This document shows, piece after piece, positions 1 to 9,600 of a DNA stretch of 32,000 bases. Origin of the DNA: Nostoc punctiforme PCC 73102 (GTDB lineage Bacteria; Cyanobacteriota; Cyanobacteriia; Cyanobacteriales; Nostocaceae); contig NC_010628.1 of NCBI RefSeq assembly GCF_000020025.1, forward strand, positions 5,910,001-5,942,000, in the 5' to 3' direction. The position numbers were made by a program, and so were the translations under genes. A model generated the notes under the pieces. The model saw only the letters and a program-made list of their open reading frames with translations, was not told the origin of the DNA and ran no database searches. Each line of letters begins with the position of its first letter. Positions within the stretch are counted from its first letter, which is position 1.

Positions 1-2018
1 TCACGCCGTTCTCCCATGCGCCGGGCAACATTGGGAGATTGCCCAAAGTCCGCTACGTGTTGACGATGTGCTTGGAAAAAGCGCTGCGGTAAGAGTAAAT
101 CAAGACCTTGGCCAATCACTTCCTGGGCACAGTAACCAAAAATCTTCTCTGCTCCTTGATTAAACAAGGTGATATTGTGGAACCCGTTGATAGAAATAAT
201 TGCATCATCAGCAATATCTAAAATTCGGGCAAATCGGGCTTGAGAAAACCGTAATTCTTCCTGCGTTTGCTGACGTTCATCAAGTTGTGACTGCAACTGC
301 TGATTCACACTTATTAACTCGGCAGTTCGCTCTGCTACCCTCAACTCTAGTTCATTGATAGCTCGGTGAGAGAAAGATGGGGGTGAATTTACTTCCTCCG
401 CTCCCCCTGCCCCTCTGCTCCCCTGCTCCCCTGCCCCTCTGCTCCCCTGCGTCACACGCTGCCGTAATTTCATTCGTTCTAAGCGATTGACGATCCGAGT
501 TACAAGTTCTGGCCCGACAATGGGCTTGCTTACAAAGTCATCAGCACCAATGCTAAATACCTGATTTACCATCTCGGCATCGCTATGAACAGTGAGGAAT
601 AAGATGGGTAACTCACTCCAGTGTGAATCGTTGCGTACTAATCGACAAAGTTCTATCCCATTGATATAAGGCAATTCCACATCTAAAATCAGCATATCTG
701 GGGCAACTGCTTCTAAAGTTTCCCAGAACTGAAGCGGATTTTCAAGAGCGATCGCTCTGAGTCCCCAAGGACTAAGTAAGGTTTGCAACAATGCCTGAAT
801 TTGCGGATCGTCATCCACAACCAATATTTTAGTTTCTGCATCGGGATGATTTTGCAGTGGTTGCGTCACTGTTTCTACTTGGGAGATTGACGATCCAGAT
901 ATTGCCCCTGCATCGTTTCCCTCTATTTCTCGACGCAATAAATTTACCCAAATTTGGAGGTTGCCAATCTCAGATTTACTCAAGGTTTGATCATAACTCA
1001 GCAGCAGTTCGATATTGCGGGCCCATTTTGAGCCAAGAGGCAAGCCAAAAGTGCCTAAAGACCCTGCCAAAGTATGGGCTTCTTTGGCTGCAAGGGAGAG
1101 TAATTCGGGATTTAAACTATTATTTTGATTTAAAGTTGCGATCGCTTGCTCTAGCACCCTCACCTGCTGCTCCACCCGCCCTTGAAATCGTTGCCAAATT
1201 TCTGCAACTGCCATTAGTGCTTGCTGCTGTGATTTGAGATTGGGTATCGGCGATTTTACCCTATCTACTTCCCCTCTGCTCCCCTGCTCCTCTGCCCCTC
1301 TGCTCCCCTGCTCCCCGGCTCCTGCGCCCCTGTGCTTATCCTCTTCCAGAGGTTTCAGACGATAGCCAATACCATAAACTGTTTCAACCAAATCACCGGG
1401 CGCTCCTACAGCTTTAAGTTTTTGTCGTAACCCTTTGATATGAGTGCGAACAGCTTCTTCTTGGGGAGTATCTTCATAAGACCAAAGATGCTCTAAAATC
1501 ATGCCACAGCTAAACACCCGACGACTATTTCGCAAGAATAGTTCTAACAGAGCAAACTCTTTTGGGGTAAGTGGGAGCAGGTTTCTAGCATAAACCGCTT
1601 CACAGCTACTAGGATCTAGGCGCAACTTCCCAGACTCCAGCACCGGTGGCGAGGTTACGGCTGGGCGACGCAACAGCGCCCTTATACGAGCAACTAACTC
1701 TTCTATATCAAAGGGTTTAACTAAATAATCGTCTGCACCTGCATCTAAGCCGATTGCTTTCTCATGACTACTATTGCGCCCTGTCATCAACAAGATCGGC
1801 ATTTGCAGATTATTAGACCGGATTTTACGACAAAGACTAATGCCATCCAGCTTGGGCAAAACTACATCCAGGAGAATTAAATCATAATCGTAAGCTTGAA
1901 TACAATCCCAGGCAGCATCGCCATCAGTGGCAACTTCAACCGCATAGTTTTGGTTAGTCAAAAGGTTAGTCAGTGTATATGCATTTAACCCATCATCTTC
2001 TACAATTAATATTTTCAT
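1..2018 (-). CDS. Multi-domain two-component signalling protein, C-terminal part runs off the window (REC / OmpR-type winged helix / HPt / REC / coiled coil / PAS ...)
   Basis: ATG at 2018-2016 (MKILIVEDDGLNAYTL...). The frame stays open to the window edge; hand translation of both ends gives the same phase, and no closed ORF is listed here. Motifs: receiver 1 (DLILLDVVLPKLDG, DDYLVKPF), wHTH (TPKEFALLELFLRN ... VYGIGYRLKP), HPt-like AHTLAGSLGTFG, receiver 2 (KILVVDDDPQ, MLILDVELPYINGIEL, ADDFVSKP), PAS-like (ILDIADDAIISIN...LFNQGAEKIFGY). Confidence 0.85.
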   Translation of the reverse strand, partial: MKILIVEDDGLNAYTLTNLLTNQNYAVEVATDGDAAWDCIQAYDYDLILLDVVLPKLDGISLCRKIRSNNLQMPILLMTGRNSSHEKAIGLDAGADDYLVKPFDIEELVARIRALLRRPAVTSPPVLESGKLRLDPSSCEAVYARNLLPLTPKEFALLELFLRNSRRVFSCGMILEHLWSYEDTPQEEAVRTHIKGLRQKLKAVGAPGDLVETVYGIGYRLKPLEEDKHRGAGAGEQGSRGAEEQGSRGEVDRVKSPIPNLKSQQQALMAVAEIWQRFQGRVEQQVRVLEQAIATLNQNNSLNPELLSLAAKEAHTLAGSLGTFGLPLGSKWARNIELLLSYDQTLSKSEIGNLQIWVNLLRREIEGNDAGAISGSSISQVETVTQPLQNHPDAETKILVVDDDPQIQALLQTLLSPWGLRAIALENPLQFWETLEAVAPDMLILDVELPYINGIELCRLVRNDSHWSELPILFLTVHSDAEMVNQVFSIGADDFVSKPIVGPELVTRIVNRLERMKLRQRVTQGSRGAGEQGSRGAGGAEEVNSPPSFSHRAINELELRVAERTAELISVNQQLQSQLDERQQTQEELRFSQARFARILDIADDAIISINGFHNITLFNQGAEKIFGYCAQEVIGQGLDLLLPQRFFQAHRQHVADFGQSPNVARRMGERR
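399..451 (-). repeat. In-frame 24-nt tandem repeat (core ctgcccctctgctcccctg at 407-425 and 431-449) encoding a Gly/Glu-rich GEQGSRGA linker after receiver 2
   Basis: The same 19-nt string is read twice with a 24-nt period. On the minus strand it translates as ...QGSRGAGEQGSRGAGGAEE... Confidence 0.8.
1271..1314 (-). repeat. Second locus of the same 24-nt in-frame repeat (cccctctgctcccctgctcc at 1271-1290 and 1295-1314), forming the linker after the wHTH domain
   Basis: Exact 20-nt duplicate with a 24-nt period. It translates as ...GAGAGEQGSRGAEEQGSRGE... and shares the core cccctctgctcccctg with the 399-451 locus. Confidence 0.8.
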
Positions 2019-2075
2019 GTTAAAAGCTTTCCAAGTTAAAATGGATACAATAAATAACAACTAATAAACTTAAAT

Positions 2076-2091
2076 TGTAAAATGATTTACA
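2076..2091. promoter_or_regulatory. Candidate NtcA-type box TGTA-N8-TACA in the divergent intergenic region
   Basis: tgtaaaatgatttaca matches GTAN8TAC, extended to TGTAN8TACA. No well-spaced TAN3T -10 box was found on either side (best is tattgt, 24 nt away, on the minus side). Confidence 0.3.
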
Positions 2092-2204
2092 GTGCTTTTA
2101 AATAATTAAACCACACCATTCCCTACTGCCTACATCGTCTAAATGTTTTTTCGAGTTATAAAACTTCCAATACGCTACAACAGAAAAAACCCTCTGCTAA
2201 ACCT

Positions 2205-2609
2205 GTGAAAAAACGAGTAACACTAACCTTCCCGAAACGCGCCGTGCAAATGCCAGTCACTTACGTACTGGCCAAAGAATTCAACGTCGCTGCTAATATT
2301 ATCCGTGCCCAAGTTGCCCCAAATCAAATTGGCAAACTAGTAGTGGAACTAGCAGGAGATATCGATCAACTAGATGCCGCTATCGAGTGGATGCGATCGC
2401 GCCATGTTAACGTCTCTTATACTTTAGGCGAAATTGCGATCGACGAGGATGTCTGTGTCCATTGTGGCTTGTGTACTGGGGTTTGTCCTACCGAAGCCCT
2501 CACTCTCCACCCAGAGACATACAAACTGACATTCACGCGATCGCGTTGTATCGTCTGCGAACAATGTATCCCCACTTGTCCCGTACAAGCAATCTCCACT
2601 AACCTTTAA
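2205..2609 (+). CDS. NIL-domain protein fused to a 2x[4Fe-4S] ferredoxin domain
   Basis: 134-aa ORF with a GTG start. The N-terminal half resembles the MetN-type NIL domain (ANIIRAQV...IGKLVVEL.GD). The C-terminal half carries two CxxCxxCxxxCP motifs (CVHCGLCTGVCP, CIVCEQCIPTCP). Confidence 0.85.
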   Translation: MKKRVTLTFPKRAVQMPVTYVLAKEFNVAANIIRAQVAPNQIGKLVVELAGDIDQLDAAIEWMRSRHVNVSYTLGEIAIDEDVCVHCGLCTGVCPTEALTLHPETYKLTFTRSRCIVCEQCIPTCPVQAISTNL

Positions 2610-2633
2610 CAATCCAAAAACCAAAATTCATCT

Positions 2634-3702
2634 TTATTCCATCTTAAACACATCCGCTATTACACTACCATCACCCACCAGCCTACTTTTTGCTGGAGAG
2701 TCATAAACTACCAATAGCGAAGGTATACCAGCCACATCCTGAAATAGCGCCATTCCCTCAGCACGATCTTCCCGATTTCCATAAGGAATATCCTGGACAA
2801 AATCTGGATTGCTAAAGACATTTTCTTGCAGATTCACACCATTTACCCAACGATAAATTTGCACGGGCCCATCTAAATCCATCATTGGGCCAGCTAAAAT
2901 CAACAAATCTTTGCCATCTACACATAAATCCCGAATTCCTAAACCATTCAACCAGACAAAATGCTTTTTATATAATTCCTTTGCTTCCCCAATTTGCCGC
3001 AGTTTCAGAATTCCAGGGATGGAATCTTCTAACTCAATTTCCAGCACCCTAGCCCAACCCCGCAATACAGGGCCCCGCAAACCCAAAAAAAATCCGGCTT
3101 TGATAAACGCCTATTCCTTCAATATCAAAGCCATTATCTTTTCCTGGAATTGATGCCTTGATAAACAAGCCTAAATGAGGGTCATCTGCCAAAGCTGTCA
3201 TCAGTAAATTACCCTGTCCCGTTACCTCTAGTTTAGCGGCATTCAACTGCACATGTGGATTTTGGGGATGTGGACAAGATGAGAATAAGCTACCGTTTAT
3301 TAGAGGAATCCGTCCTAAGACGTAACGGTTAGGTTCTGATTCAATTTTTGCTAGCCGTTTAAAGTTTTGTGCATCAGTCTTATCAGGTTTAGGTTTTTTA
3401 CGTTTGTAGCTATGAGAACCAACAAACCATAGATAATAATCAGTGTAAGCAAGTCTCTCTATATCTATTTCTTCATTTTCTGGTGCAGGTAGGTTGATAA
3501 ATTCTGCTACCCTAAATTGTTGATGGTCTGTAAATTTATCAGTATTAACTAAAGACAGACGCTCAATAGTTGAAGTTTCATCTCACCCCAACCATAAATA
3601 CTTCTGATGTGTTAGTAACAATGCTGATAAATCTTTTCTATGTTCTTTAAAATTATCTATAAAAGTTAAGAGGACTTGATTAAGCAAATGTGAGTTTGAC
3701 AT
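2634..3702 (-). pseudogene. DUF3616-like gene disrupted by an in-frame TGA and a homopolymer frameshift
   Basis: The reading frame starts at the ATG at 3702 and hits TGA at 3585-3583 (WLG*DETSTIERL). It continues in frame through the 3252-3049 ORF, then needs a 1-nt correction in the A8 run at 3085-3092 to join the 3086-2634 ORF (RIF-LGLRGPVLRGW). The family call is from recollection. Confidence 0.7.
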
Positions 3703-3840
3703 TTAAAATTATCTGGTGATTGCAAAAAGATTAATCATGTTATAATAATATATTATTTAATTCCATATAAAAATTTTTAGAAATTGTCATGTTAAATTGC
3801 AAAGGCGAATGGGCTCTTTAGACCTTTGGTAGATAGTGTA

Positions 3841-3877
3841 TATTACTATTGATAGTATGCAACTATCAATAGTAATA
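3841..3877. promoter_or_regulatory. Perfect 16-bp-arm inverted repeat (tattactattgatagt-atgca-actatcaatagtaata) in an AT-rich divergent intergenic region
   Basis: Read directly. The arms are exact reverse complements with a 5-nt spacer and there is no flanking U-tract. It lies between the DUF3616 pseudogene start (3702) and the CHAD start (3984). Confidence 0.5.
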
Positions 3878-3983
3878 GAAAGCGTAATAACTTCATTGAA
3901 TAAAAAATATATTAAAACTAGATATAAATTTTTAACTAATGTTATTATGCAATAACCTCATGAGGTAGTAATTAAGCTCAATT

Positions 3984-4967
3984 ATGAAATTAGCCACACA
4001 AACCACGGTAAAAACTCTAGGGGACTACGCCTACCAAGCGATTCAAAAACACTTTAAGAAAACCTTGAAGTGGGAAAAATCAGTAAAGAAAGATGAAGAT
4101 CCAGAAGCGCTTCATCAAATGCGAGTAGGAATGCGTCGTTTACGCACGGCTGTAACTAGGTTTGGACTAGCAGTGGATGTACCAAAACCAATCAGCGATA
4201 AAAATATTGGTAAAATAGCCCGTCGTCTTGGTAATCTGCGAGATTTAGACGTACTCAAAGAAAGTTTGGAAAACAATTACAAACCAAACTTACCCTGCAA
4301 AGAACAGGAATCTTTACAAACAGCTTTCAACGCTTTAGCTAAACAACGTGAAGATGTACTATCAAGTGTACAGAAAACATTAAAAGATGAATCTTACAAG
4401 TCTTTAAAAGAGGCATTAGATAAGTGGTTAGATAAACCAACTTATCAACCATTGGCATCTATTACTATCCAACAAGTACTACCAGATTTACTTCTACCAG
4501 AAGTGAGTAACTTCTTATTACATCCAGGTTGGCTAGTTGGTACTCAACTTGTGGAAGCAGAGGTAAAAATTCAGAAGAACTGGGAACCAGAAAAAATAGA
4601 ACAACAATTAACAACGCAAGGCGAAATTCTGCATAGTTTACGAAAAGAAGCTAAACGTATACGCTACCAGATGGAGTTATTTACAGACTTATATGGTGAG
4701 TCTTACGGAGCTTATATGACAGAAGTGAAAAATATCCAAGAAATTTTGGGTACGATGCAAGATAGTGCGGTCTTAACTGACTGGCTTGGAAAGATATTTA
4801 AATCAGAAATTAAGACTGAGTTGCCTACCCTTGCTAGTTTGTTGACTGAAAATCGTTATCAGTCGTGGCAGCAGTGGCAACCTTTGCAAGAACGGTATTT
4901 GAAAGCTGAAACTAGGCATAGCTTTCATTTAACAATATTGCACCCACTTTCAGGAGTAATCAATTAA
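3984..4967 (+). CDS. CHAD domain-containing protein
   Basis: 327-aa ORF with the paired CHAD signature helices ALHQMRVGMRRLRTAVTRF and LHSLRKEAKRIRYQMELF. Confidence 0.8.
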   Translation: MKLATQTTVKTLGDYAYQAIQKHFKKTLKWEKSVKKDEDPEALHQMRVGMRRLRTAVTRFGLAVDVPKPISDKNIGKIARRLGNLRDLDVLKESLENNYKPNLPCKEQESLQTAFNALAKQREDVLSSVQKTLKDESYKSLKEALDKWLDKPTYQPLASITIQQVLPDLLLPEVSNFLLHPGWLVGTQLVEAEVKIQKNWEPEKIEQQLTTQGEILHSLRKEAKRIRYQMELFTDLYGESYGAYMTEVKNIQEILGTMQDSAVLTDWLGKIFKSEIKTELPTLASLLTENRYQSWQQWQPLQERYLKAETRHSFHLTILHPLSGVIN

Positions 4968-5104
4968 AAGTTGCTCATTATTGGGCAAGGATTGAAGAGG
5001 GCAGGAGGAAGAAAATATGTTTTTGCCCTCTACCACTTTCTTTAGGATTGACGCATTGACAGATAAGACTAAATATAGATCAATACAGTTAAGATAAGAC
5101 CAAA

Positions 5105-5180
5105 ACACTTGTAGAGACGGCGATTTATCGCGTCTTAAAAACCCAAAATTTTTGCCAGTAACCCTTACCCAAGCGTATTG
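5105..5180. repeat. Dispersed ~75-bp repeat containing the hairpin unit GTAGAGACGGCGATTTATCGCGTCT (copy 1)
   Basis: acacttgtagagacggcgatttatcgcgtcttaaaaacccaaaatttttgccagtaaccc... aligns along its length with 14995-15072. The hairpin core recurs twice at 23894-23964. Confidence 0.75.
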
Positions 5181-5220
5181 AAATATAGATGATTTTAAAA
5201 ACCACGTCTATCGTAGAGGC

Positions 5221-6409
5221 AGTTCCAATGGGAGCATCCAGTTTTGGCAGAAAGACTCAAATAGCAAGTAAACCATTGAGATAAGCACAACGAAGGGAAA
5301 GGATTTGGTTGACACTTTCAACATTCCACTGTGCGCCGGAAATTTTAATCCTTGCTCCAATCTGTTTAATAGCAGACTCGACAGAACCAGAACCAATAGA
5401 ACACAGTTGTTCAGCTTGGTAATAGCTGTAGTTAATAATGCGAGAGCGATGTTTTTCGAGATAAGCGATAAACTTCTTAATTTGTTTACCTCGGCAATTA
5501 TTAAATAAAGCCTGAATTTGCTCTATCTGACCTTGCCACAATAAACTCTCAGCAGCTTTGAGACGCTTTAGAGAACCACCAATTTTATAAAGATTTTCCT
5601 TGAGGTGATACCAATCCGAAATTTCCCAACGTTCAAATTGTTCAGTTCCAAACTCTTTAACTAAATTCCAAACTCCATCATGACCATCTCCCAAGCAAAC
5701 AAGTGGATTCACCAAACATTGGCTATTGACATAATCGATTAATGATTGGTTGTCATCAAAAAACGCACCATAGTAAATCCCTTGCAAACGAACGGTTTTA
5801 TAGTCTCGCCAGTGACAGCCTACTTTGGGTTTACCTGTAAGCCGGACTTTTCCACCATCCACACTCAGTTCTGACACAGCTTGTTTTGCAAATGGTAGCT
5901 GAAAGTCCTGTTCGAGAACTAGTTTTTGTTGTGTCGTGTGACCAACTTTCACCCCTGTTAATGCCTCAATCTCGATTTCTGCTTTTTGGTATGATTCATT
6001 TGCTGATAGCCTCAAACAGCACTTTTGAAGTAATGGACTTAAACGACTTCTTGGCTTTAAACCCAGTCTGTGTATCTGTTTCGCTTTTAATTTCAGTTCC
6101 CCCACTAAGCTTTTAATCTTCCTGGTTTTACCTACTTTTGTTCCAGTTTTTTGTTCGATAAAAAAAGGGCTATTTCTGGGCTGACTAGTTCTAATATTTG
6201 ACTCCGAACTGTTTTTTCTATACTTTCGAGGTCTGTCAGCTTACTTTTATCTGCTTCTTCATACAGCAGTGTTGACAATTCTTGTAAACAGGCTTTGATG
6301 CGTTCTTGTTTTTCCTGGTTCATGGTGAGTCATCCACACGTTTTATCTGTTGTTATATTCTCCCAGAACTTGTATATCTTCCAAAAGTGGATGCTCCCGT
6401 TCCAATACT
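5221..6409 (-). mobile_element. Insertion sequence (~1.19 kb) with imperfect ~25-bp terminal inverted repeats and a DDE transposase (ISKra4-like by recollection)
   Basis: The left end ttccaatgggagcatccagttttgg (5224-5248) matches the reverse complement of the right end ttggaacgggagcatccacttttgg (6381-6405) at about 21/25 positions. The exact outer boundaries are uncertain by a few bp, and no target-site duplication was identified. Confidence 0.7.
5257..6323 (-). CDS. Transposase in two frames: orfA 6323-6132 and orfB about 6162-5257, joined by a -1 shift at T7 (6160-6166)
   Basis: orfA is MNQEKQERIKACLQEL...ALFLSNKKLEQK*. The -1 frame is open from the T-run (..FFIEQKTGTKVGKTRKIKSLVGELKLKAKQ...). 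The downstream part has DDE-like motifs: SVDGGKVRL, CLGDGHDGVWN, DWYHLKENLYK and SGAQWN. Confidence 0.7.
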
Positions 6410-6512
6410 TTTCGGTTAAGGGGGAAAGGGTTTGAATTTCCCTTTCCCCAAAGCCCAGTAACCTTTCCCCAAACCAAAAAAGAGATTATTGGGTTTAACC
6501 GAAAAGTATTGG
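6403..6512 (+). mobile_element. MITE-like element copy A (~110 bp, terminal inverted repeats CAATACTTTTCGGTTAA)
   Basis: caatacttttcggttaa...ttaaccgaaaagtattgg. It is near-identical to the reverse complement of 11548-11663. The listed ORF 6350-6538 is read-through of this element. Confidence 0.75.
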
Positions 6513-6603
6513 AGGCAATTCATGAATTGCTCCTATAGGACTGCTGTATTTCTCATCAAAGAATGATTTCTTAAGCTTTACTATGCAAGTTAATTTTCTG
6601 TTT

Positions 6604-9600
6604 CTAAAATTTGGTAATTTGGCTCACCGGAATTTCAATCCAAAATTCTGTACCTAACCCCGGCTGAGAATCACATTTAAACACACCACCGTGTTTATCT
6701 ACGACAATTTGATAACTTATTGATAACCCCAAACCAGTGCCTTTTCCCACTGGTTTAGTAGTGAAAAATGGGTCACAGATTCTTGCCTTCAGAGCTTCGG
6801 GTATTCCTGAGCCATTGTCTGCAATGCGAATTACTACGCTCTTGATATTACCTTCAAGCTCTCCAATAGCAGTACAAATGGTAATTTGACTGCTATGAGG
6901 TTTTGATGGAGATTCTCTGTAATCTTCAAGAGCATCGATCGCATTGCTTAAAACATTCATAAATACTTGATTCAGTGGCCCCGCATAACATTCTACTAAG
7001 GGAAGCTCACTGTATTCTTTGACTAATTTAATAGCCGGACTTTCTGGTTTTGCTTTCAAACGATGTTGCAAAATTAGCAAAGTGCTATCAATGCCCTCGT
7101 GAATATCAACCGGTTTCATTTCTGCCTCATCAAGGCGAGAGAAATTCCGTAAACCCAAAACAATCTGACGGATGCGATCAACCCCAATTTTCATGGAAGA
7201 TAGAGTTTTCGGCAAATCCTCGATGAGAAATTCTAAGTCTATCTCGAATGTGCGATCGCGAATCTCAGGGCTGGGGTTAGGGGTATTTTGTAAATAGAGG
7301 TCTAGTATACCCAGTAAATCTTGGGCGTAATTGTTGACATGATTGATGTTGCCATAAATGAAGTTCACAGGGTTATTAATTTCGTGAGCAACACCAGCTA
7401 CCAGTTGACCTAATGAGGACATTTTCTCAGTTTGGATCAGTTGGGTTTGAGTTTGCTTTAAATCATGCAGAGCTTGAGTCAGCTTTTCTGTCTGCTCTTT
7501 GGTTTGATTATGTAATTGGGCTTGTTGGAGTGCAACCCCAAGCTGATTGGCAATTTGAGTGATAAACTTAATTTCCGAGGCTTCCCAATGGCGGGGTGCA
7601 GAGTTTTGATAAGCCGCTAACAAGCCCCATAGTTGCTGCCCAATAAATATAGGTGCGATCGCATAAGCCCTTGCTTGAATTTGCTCTAGAACTGCAACGT
7701 GGCATTGAGAATGTCCAACTTGATAAATGTCATCAACTGCAAAGGTTTCGTTGTGACGATATCGTCCACCTTGGGTTTCCTGCAAATAGCTATCTTGCCA
7801 AACTGTCTTAGTATTAGAACCTACTAGTTTTACCCAACCATCGCCAACAAACTCGGCAATATACTCACCACTCCAATCAGCCTGGAATTGGAAGACTGCA
7901 ACTCGATCCGCTTGTAGTGATTTACAGATTTCTTGGGTGGTTGTCTGAAAAATCGCATCTAGATCGAGAGATTTCCTAACTTTCGCCACAACTTCAAACA
8001 ATACCCGTTGTTGTTCTGCTGCTTGTTGCAAATTTAACGTCTGTTGTCGTGTCTGAGTGAGTAATTCAGCTTGCTGGAGTGCTACGCCCATTTGGGCCGC
8101 AATCTGACTCAGAAAGTTAACTTCCGAGGCTTTCCATTGTCGAGGACCGGTGTGTTGATAAGTTGCTAGCAAACCCCAAAGTTTTTGCCCAACAAAGATC
8201 GGAGCTAGCACAAAAGCGTGAATTTGAAACTGCTCTAGATTGTCGATATGACACTTAGCAAATCCCATCTTGTAGATGTCATCGACTGCAAATGTTTCAT
8301 TGTTGCGGTAGCGTCCTCCCTCTGTATCTTGTAAATAGGTGTCATTCCATACTGTATTAATACCTATCTCTGACTCATTCGACCAATATGGACTAGCAGC
8401 CTCGAAATCCCCGACAAATTCACCACCCCAATTAGAATCGAAACGATAAACAGAAACGCGATCGGCTTTGATTAATTGACAAACCTCTTTAGTAGTGGTT
8501 TGAAAAATAGTATCTGTGTCTAGAGATTCGCGAATCTCGGCAATAACTTTAAACACAGCCTGTTCTTGTTCAGCTGTCCGTTGTAACTCAACTGTGCGTC
8601 TTTTAACTTGTTTTTCTAAATTTTCATTGAAGACTTGTACTTGTTGCTGTAGTTCATACTGCTGAATAGCCGAAGCAAAGTGTTTACCGATGTCTCTAGC
8701 CAGTTCAATCTCTTCAACCGTCCATTTTTGAGCTTGTGCTTTTTTAGATTCGCGCCAAACCTCAAACGATCGCCGGGGGTACAGTTGCCTTTGATCGCTA
8801 TCATACTGCCCTGCCCATAAAGTCTCTGTATCTACTTCATTGCGGAAAATGCTTAAGTAGCCCAGTAACTGCTGACGATACTGGAGTGGGATTGTCAATA
8901 TGCCACGAATTTTAGTTGGTTGAAAAGCAACTTGTAAACTTCGCAAGTCAGGGCTATTATATAAATCTGAAATTGCCCAAACATCGTATTTACCAGACTT
9001 ATAGTGTTCTTGCCAGATACTATACTGCTCTATTAGTGGATATATAGTTTGTTCTGGCATCACAGGTTGCTGTCCACAGATAAAAAGCTTGATACAAGTA
9101 TTTCCTGGTATTAAGCATTCTGTTAAGCTAGTAAGATTGCCGTTGTAGTAATCAAAAGCCTCATTTCTAATGCAAAGCCTGCCACCAACACCATTAAAGG
9201 CAGCAATAGCTGCTTCTAGGGCTGGTTGTAATACAATTGTTGGCAATGAATGTAGTAGGGTAGCAATGCGGTTAATGATAGTTTCCCGTTCGGCTGTTTT
9301 GCGGACTTGAGTGAGCAGACTACTTTGAGCGATCGCTACAGAGAGTTGCTCTACCACCATCTGCACTGCTTCTAGTTCATATTCTGAAATCAAACGCGCT
9401 TCAGAATTATGAGAAACCAGTAGCCCCCAGAGTTGATCTTGATAGAGAATAGGCGCTACCACAGAAGATTTTACCCCCATTGCCGTCAAATATTCAATAT
9501 GGCAGGAGTCTACAGAACGGTAACGGATCTCCTCTGATATAGTTTCTCCATTATCCAAGTCACGCAGGTGAATTTGACCAATTTCTTGAGTATCAACATT

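Noticed and set aside
857-1237. 126-aa plus-strand ORF
   Set aside because: It lies entirely antisense to the well-supported two-component gene (HPt/receiver region). It is low-complexity with no motifs, so it is an antisense artefact.
399-1314. C-rich short repeats considered as a CRISPR-like or non-coding array
   Set aside because: There are only two units per locus with no spacers. They are in frame inside a continuous ORF and encode a GEQGSRGA linker, so they are reported as a coding repeat instead.
2417-2624. Two minus-strand ORFs (60 and 66 aa)
   Set aside because: They are antisense to the ferredoxin domain, whose Cys motifs are unambiguous on the plus strand.
6350-6538. 62-aa ORF (and the equivalent 65-aa ORF at 11507-11704)
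   Set aside because: Both are read-through of the two MITE copies. They are the same sequence in opposite orientation and have no coding signature.
8616-8804. 62-aa minus-strand ORF inside the kinase gene
   Set aside because: It is an alternative frame of the PHY/coiled-coil region of the 1102-aa ORF, with no independent support.
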